The notes under the pieces were generated by a model. The model was not told the DNA's origin and did not search any database. It worked only from the letters and a program-made list of their open reading frames with translations. From Acidimicrobiia bacterium (GTDB taxonomy: Bacteria; Actinomycetota; Acidimicrobiia; Acidimicrobiales; Bin134): DNA of 62,613 nucleotides. The stretch lies in contig JAJEDQ010000130.1 of assembly GCA_022821445.1 (NCBI GenBank), positions 1 through 62,613 of the forward strand. Direction: 5' to 3'. Position numbers and translations under genes: made by a program. Below, one piece after another: positions 8,776 to 19,118 of this stretch; within the stretch, counting starts at the first letter, position 1, and each line of letters opens with the position of its first letter.

Positions 8776-9318
8776 ATGAGCTTTACCGGACCTGTTCGCC
8801 GAATCATCACTGGCCACGACGACGGCGGCACTGCGATTATCGTCGCCGACGGCCCTACAAGCCGGATCTTTGATGCGCTTGGCGAGGAGGGCTTGGTTTT
8901 CCAGGAGATTTGGCACACCACCGAGACGCCTGCGTTGATCGACCGCGACCGACGCGAGGCCGAAGAGCCCGGACTGGTGCTCGCGCCGCCGACAAACGGG
9001 GTCCGCATTCGGGTGTTGGACATTCCGCCCGAAGCCGAGGGGGCGGACATGGACGCCGTGTTCGAGAACATCGGCGCGACCGATGCCAAGCTCGAATCCG
9101 ACCGCCACCGGTCCTTCCACCGCACCGAGACCATCGATTTCGGAATCGTATTATCCGGCGAGGTCGTGCTGTTGATGGACGAGGGCGAGGCGACCGTCTA
9201 CCCAGGCGACATCGTCGTACAACGCGGCACCAACCACGGCTGGATGAACAGAACCGAACAACCGTGCCGAGTCGCCTTCATTCTGATAGACGGCCTATAC
9301 ACCGATGGGCTCGGCTAG
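8776..9318 (+). CDS. Cupin domain protein (FdeH-like)
   Basis: VRRIITGHD, HRTETIDFGIVLSGE, GDIVVQRGTNHGW. Confidence 0.88.
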   Translation: MSFTGPVRRIITGHDDGGTAIIVADGPTSRIFDALGEEGLVFQEIWHTTETPALIDRDRREAEEPGLVLAPPTNGVRIRVLDIPPEAEGADMDAVFENIGATDAKLESDRHRSFHRTETIDFGIVLSGEVVLLMDEGEATVYPGDIVVQRGTNHGWMNRTEQPCRVAFILIDGLYTDGLG

Positions 9319-9353
9319 CTCAGGGTGCGGCACTCTCGAGGCACACTGCATCG

Positions 9354-10334
9354 TCATTCGTCGACGACGACAGGCTGGTAAATCTCACCGAAGATAGAAG
9401 TGCCATCGTCGTCAAGAACCTCCATCCGGACGGTTTCTCCATCGCCTAGGAACTGTGTTGACGGCGCCCCCGAGTCGATGATCTCGATCGCGCGGCGCTC
9501 AGCGATGCAGGCTGAGCCCACGGAGCGGTCTGCGCTGGACACCGTTCCCGAACCAATGATCGTTCCCGCAGACAACAGGCGGGTATAAGCAGAGTGGGCG
9601 ATGAGCTCTCCGAAGTGGAAAGTCATCTCGGATCCATGTGGGTGGCCGAACCACTCGCCGCTTCGCTCGACGCGCAATGGGAGGTTCACTCGGCCGTCGC
9701 GCCATGCGCCACCGAGTTCGTCTGGCGTCACCGCGACCGCTGCGAAAGCGGTGGACGGTTTCGCCTGGAGAAAGCCGAATCCAGCCGAGATTTCACGACC
9801 GGCGTAAGCCCGCAGGCTCACGTCATTGATCAACACCAGTAGTTTGACGTGGTCGAGGGCATCGGCGGCAGTGGTCCGCATGGGAACTTCATCGACTACC
9901 ACCCCAAATTCACCTTCAAAGTCGATGCCCTCGTCGAATCGGTATCCGCTGATCGCATCGGTCGGGCCACGCAGGTCGTCGGACGCACCCTGGTAGATGA
10001 ATGGGTAGTCGCTGGGCTCGTTGGGTCGCTCGGGGTGCAGCGCCTGCGACATGAGGTCTAGGTGTGTCTGGAACACCGAGCCGTCGAGCCACTGGGGCGC
10101 CCGCGGTAGCGGTGCCATCGCTTCGCCCGCCTTGAACGCCGCGGAACCGTCGTCGTTACCGGCTTCAATCTGATCAAATCGATCCTGGAGTGCCGGGGCC
10201 ACGTCGTCCCACCGTCTAATCGCCTCGAGCAGTGTTTCTGCGATGTCATCGACCGCCACGCAGTGTTTTAGATCCCGCGAGACCACCACCAAACGCCCGT
10301 TTTCGCTCGGACCAGGCAACGTTGCGAGTTTCAT
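9354..10334 (-). CDS. Fumarylacetoacetate hydrolase family protein (FdeI-like)
   Basis: MKLATL..NGRLVVVSRD, IDFEGE, NDVSLR, GTIIGSGTVS. Confidence 0.9.
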   Translation of the reverse strand: MKLATLPGPSENGRLVVVSRDLKHCVAVDDIAETLLEAIRRWDDVAPALQDRFDQIEAGNDDGSAAFKAGEAMAPLPRAPQWLDGSVFQTHLDLMSQALHPERPNEPSDYPFIYQGASDDLRGPTDAISGYRFDEGIDFEGEFGVVVDEVPMRTTAADALDHVKLLVLINDVSLRAYAGREISAGFGFLQAKPSTAFAAVAVTPDELGGAWRDGRVNLPLRVERSGEWFGHPHGSEMTFHFGELIAHSAYTRLLSAGTIIGSGTVSSADRSVGSACIAERRAIEIIDSGAPSTQFLGDGETVRMEVLDDDGTSIFGEIYQPVVVDE

Positions 10335-10362
10335 CGTGCATCTCCCTCAAAGAACTGCCCGC

Positions 10363-11523
10363 TCACACCGGCCCCGGCACCTCGTCAAACACCTCGGCAA
10401 TCCAGTCCGCAATGAAATGCACGCCGTAGGTCATATTGTCGACGCTGACGTGTTCGACGCCCATTGTTCGGTCGTCGAAGATCTTTAGCTCGCGCTTAGG
10501 GCTGTTTACGAGCTGGTCGTACGTCTGGTGGGCATACTCGAGTGGGATCTGGCGGTCGTTCTGGCCGTGGGTTACGAGGAATGGCACGGTCACCTTGTCC
10601 AGCAGTCCGTCGAGGGTGATCTGGGAGCACAAATCCAGGAACTCGTCCATGTCGGCGGCACCCCACACCCACCGCACGTGTTCCCAATAGTGGGGCACAG
10701 GGCGCTCGCCCTCGTTTTCCAAACGACGGCGCTGGACCTCGCCCCAATTGTGGTTCGCCCCCCAAATGGCACAGAGCGAGAACCGGGGTTCGGCAACGAG
10801 CAAGCGGGGAGCGTAGTAGCCGCCCAAAGAGATGCCAGCCACCCCGATGCGAGAGTTGTCTACGTCGGGACGCGCGCTGACGGCGTCGTAAACCACGCTG
10901 CCCCACTCGCAGGCGGGGGTGGCGAAGAGGCCATGAAGACGCAGCGCCTCACCAGTGCCTGGCTGATCGATGTTGAGGGTATTGATGCCACGTCTGGCGA
11001 GCTGGTCTCCAAGACAGCTCCAGTGGAGCATCTCCTTTGTGGAGTCGAGTCCGTTCACGTAGACCATCGTCGGCCTCGGGCCCTCTCCTCGGTCAGCGCT
11101 CCGGAACCAGGCCGGGATCGTACCGTGGAGGTAAGGAATCTCGACCCGCTCCATGTTTGCGCCGCCCAATTCGACGGAACGGGCGAAGGAGTCAAGCGCC
11201 TTCTGGTACACCGCGGCCCGCTCGGTGCTGCCTTGGGCTTGCATGCGCTCGGCTATTTGATAGTAGAGAGCCGCCCGGTTCAACTTGTCGGCGGCCGCAA
11301 ATCCATGCCCGGCGGCGGAGTCCTCGTCGGCGAGTCCCACCAGTTTGTCGGCCATGATGACCCAAGACTTGAGAAAGTCACCTGTGCCAGGGTTGTCGCC
11401 TTGGGCGGCCGCCTCCCGCAGCGGTGCGCACATCTCCTCGATTTCCCCGATTTGCGCACCGCTTTCCAAGGCGATGCAGACGGAGAGATTCCACACGTAA
11501 TTGCCGGGAAAATACGAGAACAT
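10363..11523 (-). CDS. Alpha/beta hydrolase (2,6-dihydroxypseudooxynicotine-hydrolase-like C-C hydrolase family)
   Basis: MFSYFPGNYVWNLSV N-terminus, NGLDSTKE, DQPGTGEALR, GISLGG nucleophile, HGQNDRQIP. Confidence 0.85.
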   Translation of the reverse strand: MFSYFPGNYVWNLSVCIALESGAQIGEIEEMCAPLREAAAQGDNPGTGDFLKSWVIMADKLVGLADEDSAAGHGFAAADKLNRAALYYQIAERMQAQGSTERAAVYQKALDSFARSVELGGANMERVEIPYLHGTIPAWFRSADRGEGPRPTMVYVNGLDSTKEMLHWSCLGDQLARRGINTLNIDQPGTGEALRLHGLFATPACEWGSVVYDAVSARPDVDNSRIGVAGISLGGYYAPRLLVAEPRFSLCAIWGANHNWGEVQRRRLENEGERPVPHYWEHVRWVWGAADMDEFLDLCSQITLDGLLDKVTVPFLVTHGQNDRQIPLEYAHQTYDQLVNSPKRELKIFDDRTMGVEHVSVDNMTYGVHFIADWIAEVFDEVPGPV

Positions 11524-11565
11524 CTCGGCCGTCACCCCCTCGGGCCGCAACGTATCAGCGACATC

Positions 11566-11594
11566 TTCATCGGCACAGCTGAATCCTCTGATAA
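11566..11594 (+). promoter_or_regulatory. Putative LysR operator, copy A (hydrolase/P450 divergent region)
   Basis: TTCATCGGCACAGCTGAATCCTCTGATAA; 21/27 identity to the reverse complement of 26708-26734; ATC-N9-GAA core. Confidence 0.6.
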
Positions 11595-11655
11595 CGGTCA
11601 TCTGTTGTGCTGATGCCATGGGAATCCGTATACGGTCGGCGCCGGAGGGAGGGCG

Positions 11656-12849
11656 ATGACCAGCCACACCGCATCAAGGGTCGATCCGTACAGCGACGAG
11701 TTTCTCGCAGAACCGTGGGACGACTTGACCTTGATCCGGGATGCCGGTCACGCGGTCTGGCTCGACCGATACGGAATCTGGGCGATCGCTCGACATGACG
11801 ACGTAGTCGCAGCGCTGCGCAATCACGAGAAGTTCTCGTCGAGTCGGGGCGTGGGGCTGGCCGACCTAGCGGTCGACCAATCATGGCGCCGACCGAGCAT
11901 TCTCGTCGAAGCAGACCCTCCCGAGCACACTCGCAACCGGAAGGTGGTAGCGGGCACGATGACCCCCAAGGCACTGCGATCACTCGAAAGCGCATTCGCT
12001 AAGGCAGCTGGCCGGATAGTCGACGAGTTGATCGATCGCAGGCAATTCGATGGCGTTCGAGACTTGGCCGAGGTGTTTCCCACAGAGGTGTTTCCGCGGG
12101 CTTTCGGGATTGAGGTAAACGACGAGACGCGACAACGGCTACTCGACTACGGATCCCTGGTCTTCAACGGCAACGGTGTCGAGAACCAACGCTTCCGCAC
12201 TGCCATGGCGAATGCAGAAGAGACGATCTCCTGGGTCACGGCGACATGTGCACGCGATGCGCTCCAGTCAGGAGGAATAGGCGCGGCGATCCACGATGCC
12301 GCCGAGGCGGCCGGTTTGACTCCTGATGATGGAGCGATGCTGGTGCGCTCGTTCCTGTCGGCAGGGGTCGATACCACGGTCAGCGGAATTGCATTTGCGC
12401 TCAACAACCTGGCGACGGAGCCCGACCAGTGGCTGCTCGTGCGTGAGAATCCTCTACTGGCACGCGCTGCTTTCGAGGAGACCATACGCCGCGATTGCCC
12501 GGTCATTGGGTTCTTCCGCACGACGACGGGGTCCACCACTGTTGGCGATTTGGAAATCGCCGGAGATCAGAAAGTGCTCATATTGTTCGCAGGTGCCAAC
12601 CGCGATCCACGTCGGTGGAACAACCCCGACGGATTCGATGTCACACGGCGGCTTACCGGGCACTTGGGCTACGGCATCGGAATTCACGCCTGCGTCGGCA
12701 TGGTTATCGCCCGCATGGAGGGGGAGGCCGTCTTCACAGCTCTTCGCGATCGCGTGCGATTGATTGAACCGAATGGGGAACCCATTCCGCGCCTCAACAA
12801 TTCACTGCGCGGGCTCGATTCCCTGCCCCTCAGCATCGAACCGGCATAG
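11656..12849 (+). CDS. Cytochrome P450, CYP199A-like (para-methoxybenzoate O-demethylase type)
   Basis: WRRPSILVEADPPEH, SFLSAGVDTTV, EETIR, HLGYGIGIHACVG, NNSLRGLDSLP all resemble CYP199A signatures. Confidence 0.85.
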   Translation: MTSHTASRVDPYSDEFLAEPWDDLTLIRDAGHAVWLDRYGIWAIARHDDVVAALRNHEKFSSSRGVGLADLAVDQSWRRPSILVEADPPEHTRNRKVVAGTMTPKALRSLESAFAKAAGRIVDELIDRRQFDGVRDLAEVFPTEVFPRAFGIEVNDETRQRLLDYGSLVFNGNGVENQRFRTAMANAEETISWVTATCARDALQSGGIGAAIHDAAEAAGLTPDDGAMLVRSFLSAGVDTTVSGIAFALNNLATEPDQWLLVRENPLLARAAFEETIRRDCPVIGFFRTTTGSTTVGDLEIAGDQKVLILFAGANRDPRRWNNPDGFDVTRRLTGHLGYGIGIHACVGMVIARMEGEAVFTALRDRVRLIEPNGEPIPRLNNSLRGLDSLPLSIEPA

Positions 12850-12869
12850 CGGGCGAGCCGTTCAGGCCT

Positions 12870-13805
12870 TCAGGTCGATTCGTCGAAGGTACGCCCGAGA
12901 CGTTTGCGAGCCGAATCAATTAGAAGGCGATCGCGTTCGGCCTCAAGCATTGGCACATCGCGACCAGCGGCTGCTGCTTGAACGCCAGCTACGAGAGCGG
13001 CCTTTGTTGACTGGTCGAGCGCTGGTTTACCGAGGTCTGCCCATCGACGCTCTTGGCTCGGCCCCAGGGCGTCAAGATAGGAGGCCAACCCACCGTCTCC
13101 CCCACCTAAGTGGTAACCCATGTGGACGCCGACCGCAGCCCAACGCAGTCCGGGTCCGTTGATGAGAGCAGTGTCGACGGCTTCGACGTCGGCAATCTCT
13201 TCCGCCACGATGTGAACTGCCTCCCGGTACAGGGCAGACGCCAATCGGTTTGCGATGTGCCCTACAGCGTCTTTTTTCAGCCGGACCGTGACACGATCTG
13301 TTGTTCGGTAGATTGCTTCGACTCGATCGCAGGTAGACGGGTCGATTCCATATATCTCAACGAGGGGTACGAGGTGCGGTGGGTGGAAGGGGTGTGCTGT
13401 GACGAATCGGTCCGAGACTCGAAGGCCAGGTGATAAGTCGCTCCACCGCAGCGATGAGGTCGACGATGCAATGATCGCCGTGTCGGTGACAACGGCCTCG
13501 ATGTCTTCGTACAGGTGCCTTTTGGTCTGGATGGATTCGGGTGCGTTCTCCTGGATTAGCGATGCACCCGACAAGGCTTCAGCAAAGTCATCGGCAAACT
13601 CGACAGAGCCGGCCTCGACGGCCGGGCAGATTTCGGCAAGCTGAGACCGTGCTCGCCTGATCCGTTTGTCTGCGATCTCGTACGTTTTGGTCACCGGATC
13701 CCACAAGGTGACGGCAGCCCCGTAATGAGCGAAGAGAGCCGACCAGCTGGCACCTATCTGCCCCCCTCCGACGACTGCAATTCGCTGTCCCGATAAAGCG
13801 CTCAC
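12870..13805 (-). CDS. 3-hydroxyacyl-CoA dehydrogenase family (carnitine dehydrogenase/lambda-crystallin-like)
   Basis: GGGQIGASW, QENAPE, SSTSS, HPFHPPHLVPLVE, GPGLRWA. Confidence 0.88.
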   Translation of the reverse strand: MSALSGQRIAVVGGGQIGASWSALFAHYGAAVTLWDPVTKTYEIADKRIRRARSQLAEICPAVEAGSVEFADDFAEALSGASLIQENAPESIQTKRHLYEDIEAVVTDTAIIASSTSSLRWSDLSPGLRVSDRFVTAHPFHPPHLVPLVEIYGIDPSTCDRVEAIYRTTDRVTVRLKKDAVGHIANRLASALYREAVHIVAEEIADVEAVDTALINGPGLRWAAVGVHMGYHLGGGDGGLASYLDALGPSQERRWADLGKPALDQSTKAALVAGVQAAAAGRDVPMLEAERDRLLIDSARKRLGRTFDEST

Positions 13806-14608
13806 GAAGAGTTGTCGATCAGAAAGTCGATCGAGGTATCCACCAGTTCTGACAAGCGATCGCGTTCGATCTCCTTGTAGAAGTGATCGCCACCTTCGAC
13901 CAGCACCAAAGTCGCCGATGTCCCCGTCTCTTCCAGCGCAGCGGCAAAGCGCTTGCTCTGCGCAACGGGCACATGAACATCGTTGGTGCCATGCACGAGC
14001 TCGAAGCGAGTCGACGTGGCTCGAATGTGATGGACGGGGCTTGCATTCCTGGCCGCATCGGGAAGCTCGTCCACCACACCCCCCAACAACTGAGCCTCAC
14101 GCGAGCCCGGTCCCCGGTCGACGGGCCCCCCCAGCGCTTCAAGATCATCTTGATGTCGAGCAATGTCTGAGGGGGCGGACCAACAGGTTACGGCGGCCAC
14201 CTCGACGTCGAGGCGTGGGTTGAGAGCAGCGAGTGCGGCCAGGTGGGCACCTGAGGACAGACCCCAGAGCGTGAGCGGAATCTCGGAGACCCCGTAAACA
14301 CCGAGATCGGAGGTGACAAAGCGACACGCAGCAATCACATCTTCGAGCTGGGCAGGAAATATGGCCTCGCCGCTTAGCCGATAGTCACAGGCAGCAACGG
14401 CAAGCTGGCGCTCCGCCATCCTCTCGAGGAACTCCTCACCGGGTCCGGTCATGTGCCCTGGCCCGTCGCGCCGCGACCCCCGGCGCCAGCCCCCGCCGTG
14501 CAGGTAGACGCAGACTGCTCGGGGCTCCTCTGGGACGTACAGGTCCAGCGCCAGCGGCCGAAAGCCCATGACTGATGCGTAGGTGATCGCATGGTGGACA
14601 GCGATCAT
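13802..14608 (-). CDS. Alpha/beta hydrolase (HSL-family esterase)
   Basis: HGGGWRRG, DYRLS, GLSSGAHLA, HGTND; start reassigned to ATG at 14608 to remove overlap. Confidence 0.85.
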   Translation of the reverse strand: MIAVHHAITYASVMGFRPLALDLYVPEEPRAVCVYLHGGGWRRGSRRDGPGHMTGPGEEFLERMAERQLAVAACDYRLSGEAIFPAQLEDVIAACRFVTSDLGVYGVSEIPLTLWGLSSGAHLAALAALNPRLDVEVAAVTCWSAPSDIARHQDDLEALGGPVDRGPGSREAQLLGGVVDELPDAARNASPVHHIRATSTRFELVHGTNDVHVPVAQSKRFAAALEETGTSATLVLVEGGDHFYKEIERDRLSELVDTSIDFLIDNSS

Positions 14609-14612
14609 GTCG

Positions 14613-15872
14613 CTAGCGCGCCGCGGGTTGCTTGTGGAATCGGCCGCCCTGCATGATCGCCACGATCCTCTTGGGTTCCTCGAGTACGGTGATGTCGGCG
14701 ATGGGGTCGCCTTCGACGACGAGCACGTCGGCCAAGTAGTTCTCGGCCAGCAATCCCAGTTCATCACCCATGCCCATCAGTTCGCCACCGAGCTTCGTCG
14801 CTGCTACCAGTGTCTCTGTTTCCGTGTAGCCGAGCTCGGTCACGAAGAGGGCCAGGTCGTGTGCGTTCTTGCCGATGGGGTTGTTTGGAAAGCCGTAGTC
14901 GCCACCGGGTAGCACCCTGATGCCACGGGCTCGCATTTTCGGATAGAGCTCACGCATGTGGTCGAGGCATGCCACTGAGCCCATCTGCTCTGCCATAGCC
15001 CGGTCGATCCCGTACTCCTCCCCGGCGTGGATGTTTGCCCAAATGATCCCCGGCGCCGGCGAGACGAACACCTCGTCTTTGGCCTCTTCGAGCATGTCGA
15101 GTGCCTCTTCGTCTGCATATGTGCAGTGGTAGATCGACCGAAAGCCGTGGCGGACGGCGAGCTTCACCGACTCTGCGGCCTGACAATGCGCGGCAAGCCA
15201 GACGCCGTACTCACGAGCAGTTTCTCCAGCGGCCTTCGCCTGGTCCTCAGAGTACTGGGTGATCTGGCTGCCGCCTTGGACGAAGACGTCGTCATTGCTG
15301 AGGAGCAGCTTGATCGAGTCGAACCCCTGCTCAGCGTGGGACCGAACCCAGTCTGCGAGCGCTGCCGGCTTATCCCAGTCCTCCGGCCTGTCGACTGGAC
15401 CTCGGGGCACGGCATCTCGCTCTGCCGCACAAGCCTTGAACCGCGGGCCGGGGATGACGCCGGCATCTAGCTTGTCTCGGAGGGCAACCTCGGTGGGCAT
15501 CGGAATGAGCGATCCCGCGGAGTAGGCGGATGTAAATCCGGCGTCGAGGAGAATGCCGGCGTTTCGCTCGGCGCGGGCGAGTTCCGAAGGAAATCCTTCG
15601 ATTTTCTCAAAGAAGGAGACATCGAGCGGAGGATTGAAAGATGGGTCTATATGGCCGACGGCTGACGGAAACGTGATATGAGCGTGCGATTCGACGAGCC
15701 CAGGCATGACGGTGCAGCCGGTTGCATCAACAATCTCGTGGCCGTCGTGGTGGTCTGGGTGGTGGCCGGATCGGACCTCGGTGATCCGGTCGCCATCAAT
15801 GACTATTTCACCCGGGGTCGCCGCCGATCCGGTCCCGTCGAATACTTGGCCTCCAGTGATGATGATGGACAT
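14613..15872 (-). CDS. Metal-dependent amidohydrolase
   Basis: MPGLVESHAH, AAHC, IYHCT, GGDYG, ADVLVVEGDP. Confidence 0.88.
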   Translation of the reverse strand: MSIIITGGQVFDGTGSAATPGEIVIDGDRITEVRSGHHPDHHDGHEIVDATGCTVMPGLVESHAHITFPSAVGHIDPSFNPPLDVSFFEKIEGFPSELARAERNAGILLDAGFTSAYSAGSLIPMPTEVALRDKLDAGVIPGPRFKACAAERDAVPRGPVDRPEDWDKPAALADWVRSHAEQGFDSIKLLLSNDDVFVQGGSQITQYSEDQAKAAGETAREYGVWLAAHCQAAESVKLAVRHGFRSIYHCTYADEEALDMLEEAKDEVFVSPAPGIIWANIHAGEEYGIDRAMAEQMGSVACLDHMRELYPKMRARGIRVLPGGDYGFPNNPIGKNAHDLALFVTELGYTETETLVAATKLGGELMGMGDELGLLAENYLADVLVVEGDPIADITVLEEPKRIVAIMQGGRFHKQPAAR

Positions 15873-15905
15873 GGGTTTGGTTCCATTCCTTGGTAGTCGA
15901 GTGTG

Positions 15906-16790
15906 TCAACTGTCGGTCGGTGCGTACAGGTCCATGGTGTATGGCTCTGTGTCGTGTGCTGCGCTCCACCGAACTACGTGATTGCGCAAGATGCCAACGG
16001 CTTCTATCTCGGCCTCGATCTGATCTCCGGGCCGGAGGTAGTAGTCGAAGGGATTGGGCTGCACGGCGGCGACGCCGGAGATCGTCCCCGTCGTGATGAT
16101 GTCGCCAGCTGAGTAACCCTGGGGCGAGTGGTAAGCGACGAGGTGGGGGATGTCGATGCGCATCTGTTTCGTATGGCCCTTCTGACGGACATCTCCGTTG
16201 ACGCGTAGTTCCATGGCCAGGTTCTGGGCGTCATCGATTTCGTCGGCGGTGACGATGTAGGGCCCAATGGGGCAGAACGTCTCGATCGCCTTTGAGAACG
16301 AGAAGACTCCAGACTCCATCTCTCGGCGCTGGATGTCACGAGCTGTGATGTCGTTGAACACCATGTACCCAGCGATGTGGTCAACAGCCTCCTCGGCGCT
16401 GAACCAACGTCCTTGCTTGCCGATGATGATGGCTAGTTCGAGCTCGTAGTCGACCTCATTGGTGAGACCCTCGGGATACACGATTGCATCGTCAGGTCCG
16501 ATGATCGCGTCGACATTTTGAAAAAAGACGATCCCTTTGTGGACGGGATGTGACCAGTCAACGGCAGCGAGCTCCTCGTGGTGGTCGAGGAAGTTGCCCG
16601 CGGTGTGGAAGAACTTCTTGGGCACGATCGGCGCTTCAAGGCGAACTTCGCTCATGGCGATGCGTTCGCCGGTCTCGCGAACGTCACCAGCTCGCTCGAA
16701 GTACTCGCGAGTTGTTCCGCATTCGAGTTCGACCATTAGATCATCCTCGATGCGGCCGACTCTTCCGTTGTTGAAAGTTGCGAGTTTCAT
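15906..16790 (-). CDS. Fumarylacetoacetate hydrolase family protein
   Basis: DYELELA, FNDITARD, GDIITTGT. Confidence 0.9.
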   Translation of the reverse strand: MKLATFNNGRVGRIEDDLMVELECGTTREYFERAGDVRETGERIAMSEVRLEAPIVPKKFFHTAGNFLDHHEELAAVDWSHPVHKGIVFFQNVDAIIGPDDAIVYPEGLTNEVDYELELAIIIGKQGRWFSAEEAVDHIAGYMVFNDITARDIQRREMESGVFSFSKAIETFCPIGPYIVTADEIDDAQNLAMELRVNGDVRQKGHTKQMRIDIPHLVAYHSPQGYSAGDIITTGTISGVAAVQPNPFDYYLRPGDQIEAEIEAVGILRNHVVRWSAAHDTEPYTMDLYAPTDS

Positions 16791-16806
16791 GGGAATCTCC
16801 GGCCTT

Positions 16807-17403
16807 TCAATTGGAACAATTCAAATCTTGGGGAAGTGCGACCCGGAGGACTCTAAGTTGCATGGCGAGGGTGGCGTAGTAGCCGACGAGGGTCATCAGC
16901 TCGAACAGCCCCGGGAGGCCGAGAGCAGCTACGACGCGGTCGTAGAGCTCGTCGTCGAAATCGCCACATTCGTGGAGCGAGCGCACTGCCTGAACCACCG
17001 TCCGGTCGTTTGCGTCGGGCCACACCGCTGTAGAGTCGTCGCCCTCACGGATCGCGGTGATCTCAGCATTTGTGACACCCGCTGCTCGTGCGATTGGCTC
17101 GTGCGCGTGCCGCTCGAACTCGGATTTCCATGCGGCTGCGACCACGAGTATGGCGAGCTCCCGGGTCCGATCGGTCAACTTTGTTTCGTAGCGGATCGCT
17201 GCGCCAACCGCTTGGAGGGCAGATCCAAGAGCCGGTTGGAGCAGGAAGGCATTGAAAGGTCCTTCCAATCCACCGTCAGCATTGACAATCGAGAAGTACT
17301 GCGGGTCGCGCGACCTTAAGCCGGTGGTGAGCTCGTCGTAGAGACGTTGCTGGGCTTCGTTGAGCTCGGCTGGTCGGAAACGTTCAATCGGGCGCGCGAT
17401 CAT
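16807..17403 (-). CDS. Carboxymuconolactone decarboxylase/AhpD-like protein
   Basis: GPFNAFL, RTRELAILVVA, FERHAH, ELMTLVGYY. Confidence 0.85.
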   Translation of the reverse strand: MIARPIERFRPAELNEAQQRLYDELTTGLRSRDPQYFSIVNADGGLEGPFNAFLLQPALGSALQAVGAAIRYETKLTDRTRELAILVVAAAWKSEFERHAHEPIARAAGVTNAEITAIREGDDSTAVWPDANDRTVVQAVRSLHECGDFDDELYDRVVAALGLPGLFELMTLVGYYATLAMQLRVLRVALPQDLNCSN

Positions 17404-18254
17404 GACTCCGACTCCATCTTGACCGCATTGCGCAGCGTACCCACGTGTGACACCGAGACTTCGACGATGTCACCCTCGCGGAGGTATCGAGGGGGGCTTT
17501 CGCGGTTTCCCACGCCCGCTGGTGTACCGGTGGCGATGACGTCGCCGGGTTCGAGCGTCACCCCGCGGGAGAGGTATTCCACTAGCTCGACAGCCGAGTA
17601 GATCATCTTGCTTGTTGAGGAGTGCTGTTTCCTGACACCGCTCACTACCGTTGTGACCTCGAGATCGTCAAGGTCAATGTCGGTGGAGTCGACGAGGCAT
17701 GGCCCCATGGGGGTGAAGGTGTCAAAGCTCTTGCCCAAGGTGAACTGCTTGAGGGGGGTCTCGAGTTGGGCCCGACGGCCCGAGACGTCGTTCACTGCCG
17801 TGATGGCTCCGATTGCTGTCCGTGCGCTGGCGGCGTTGGCGCGGTATGCCGATCGGCCGATCACAATACCCATCTCACCCTCCCAGTCGGGACGGGTCTC
17901 TTCTTGGGGCACGATGATGGTTTGTCCGTGCCCGATCACCGACGATGGGAATTTCGCGAACACAACTGGTTCTTCGGGTTCCTCGTTATTCGATTCTGCT
18001 GCGTGGTCGCGGTAGTTGATCCCAATGGCGAGGATCTTGGCTGGTCGGACTGGCGCGTCGAGCGCCACGTTGTCGAAGGGGTAATTCGGGCCATCGGCAC
18101 TGCGGAGCTGGTTCCAGGCCTCGGTGGTTGGAATGAAGCCGCGCTCGGAAGCCGGCCCCGCATCGACGACGGTATCGCCTTCGAGACGACCCACGCGACG
18201 GCTGCCGTCCACGGCGAACACGACCGCCCTTAGCGACCCGGGGGCACCAGTCAC
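17400..18254 (-). CDS. Fumarylacetoacetate hydrolase family protein
   Basis: GINYRDH, DWEGE, NDVSGR, GKSFDTF, GDVIATGTPAGVG. Confidence 0.92.
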   Translation of the reverse strand: MTGAPGSLRAVVFAVDGSRRVGRLEGDTVVDAGPASERGFIPTTEAWNQLRSADGPNYPFDNVALDAPVRPAKILAIGINYRDHAAESNNEEPEEPVVFAKFPSSVIGHGQTIIVPQEETRPDWEGEMGIVIGRSAYRANAASARTAIGAITAVNDVSGRRAQLETPLKQFTLGKSFDTFTPMGPCLVDSTDIDLDDLEVTTVVSGVRKQHSSTSKMIYSAVELVEYLSRGVTLEPGDVIATGTPAGVGNRESPPRYLREGDIVEVSVSHVGTLRNAVKMESES

Positions 18255-19052
18255 CTACGCACCCACCATGTTGAAGCCTCCATCAGCCAGCATGTACGCG
18301 CCCGTAATGTGGTTGGCGTCGTCGGTGGCGAGGAACAGCGCAGCCCCAGCAATCTCGGCTGGCCCTGGGATGTGGTTCATGGGGGTCATGGACCGCAGTT
18401 CCTCCGCTCGACCGCTCTTCCAGTCCTCTCGGCCGAGAGTTGCTTCGGTCTCGATGAAGCCCGGGGCGAAAGTGTTGATACGGACGGTGGGGGCAAACGC
18501 ATGGGCGTAGGACTTTGTGAGCCCGATCAAGGCATATTTGGCCGCGGCGTACTGCGGAGCTCGAGCGCTGCCGCGAACCACGACCGTCGACCCGATGTTG
18601 ACTATGTTGCCGTGGCCTTGTTCGAGCATCCGCGTACCAAACTCATGAATGCAGAACATCGTTCCCTTCACATCGACGTCGATGACGTGATCGATCGAGG
18701 CTTCAGTGACATCGCGCCAGGACATCTGCTCTCGGGCCACATCACCCACGTTGTTGACCAGGGTGTCGACGGTCTCGATCTCAGCAAAGGACTTCTCCGC
18801 CATGGCCCGAACCTGATTCCAATCCGAGATATCGGCTTGCAGGAGCAGCGCAGAACTGCCTGTCGCCTGTACCCGCTCAACGGTGCGCTTAGCGCCCTCC
18901 ATCGAGTTCCGGTAGTGCACGCCGACGACCCGGGCCCCCTCCTGGGCGGCCCGCACGGCAATCTCGGCACCGAAGCCGGTGCCTGCCCCCGTAACGAGAA
19001 CAGATCGACCTTCGAAGCGCTTGGGCATGGGAACTTGCGTGGGAGCCATCAA
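18255..19052 (-). CDS. Short-chain dehydrogenase/reductase
   Basis: TGAGTGFG, NNVG, YAAAK. Confidence 0.92.
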   Translation of the reverse strand: MMAPTQVPMPKRFEGRSVLVTGAGTGFGAEIAVRAAQEGARVVGVHYRNSMEGAKRTVERVQATGSSALLLQADISDWNQVRAMAEKSFAEIETVDTLVNNVGDVAREQMSWRDVTEASIDHVIDVDVKGTMFCIHEFGTRMLEQGHGNIVNIGSTVVVRGSARAPQYAAAKYALIGLTKSYAHAFAPTVRINTFAPGFIETEATLGREDWKSGRAEELRSMTPMNHIPGPAEIAGAALFLATDDANHITGAYMLADGGFNMVGA

Positions 19053-19118
19053 TTCCTTTCGATGGGGAATCTCGCAACTGAGAGGTCTGCACCATGCCGA
19101 AACTCGGAAAGGCGTTTG

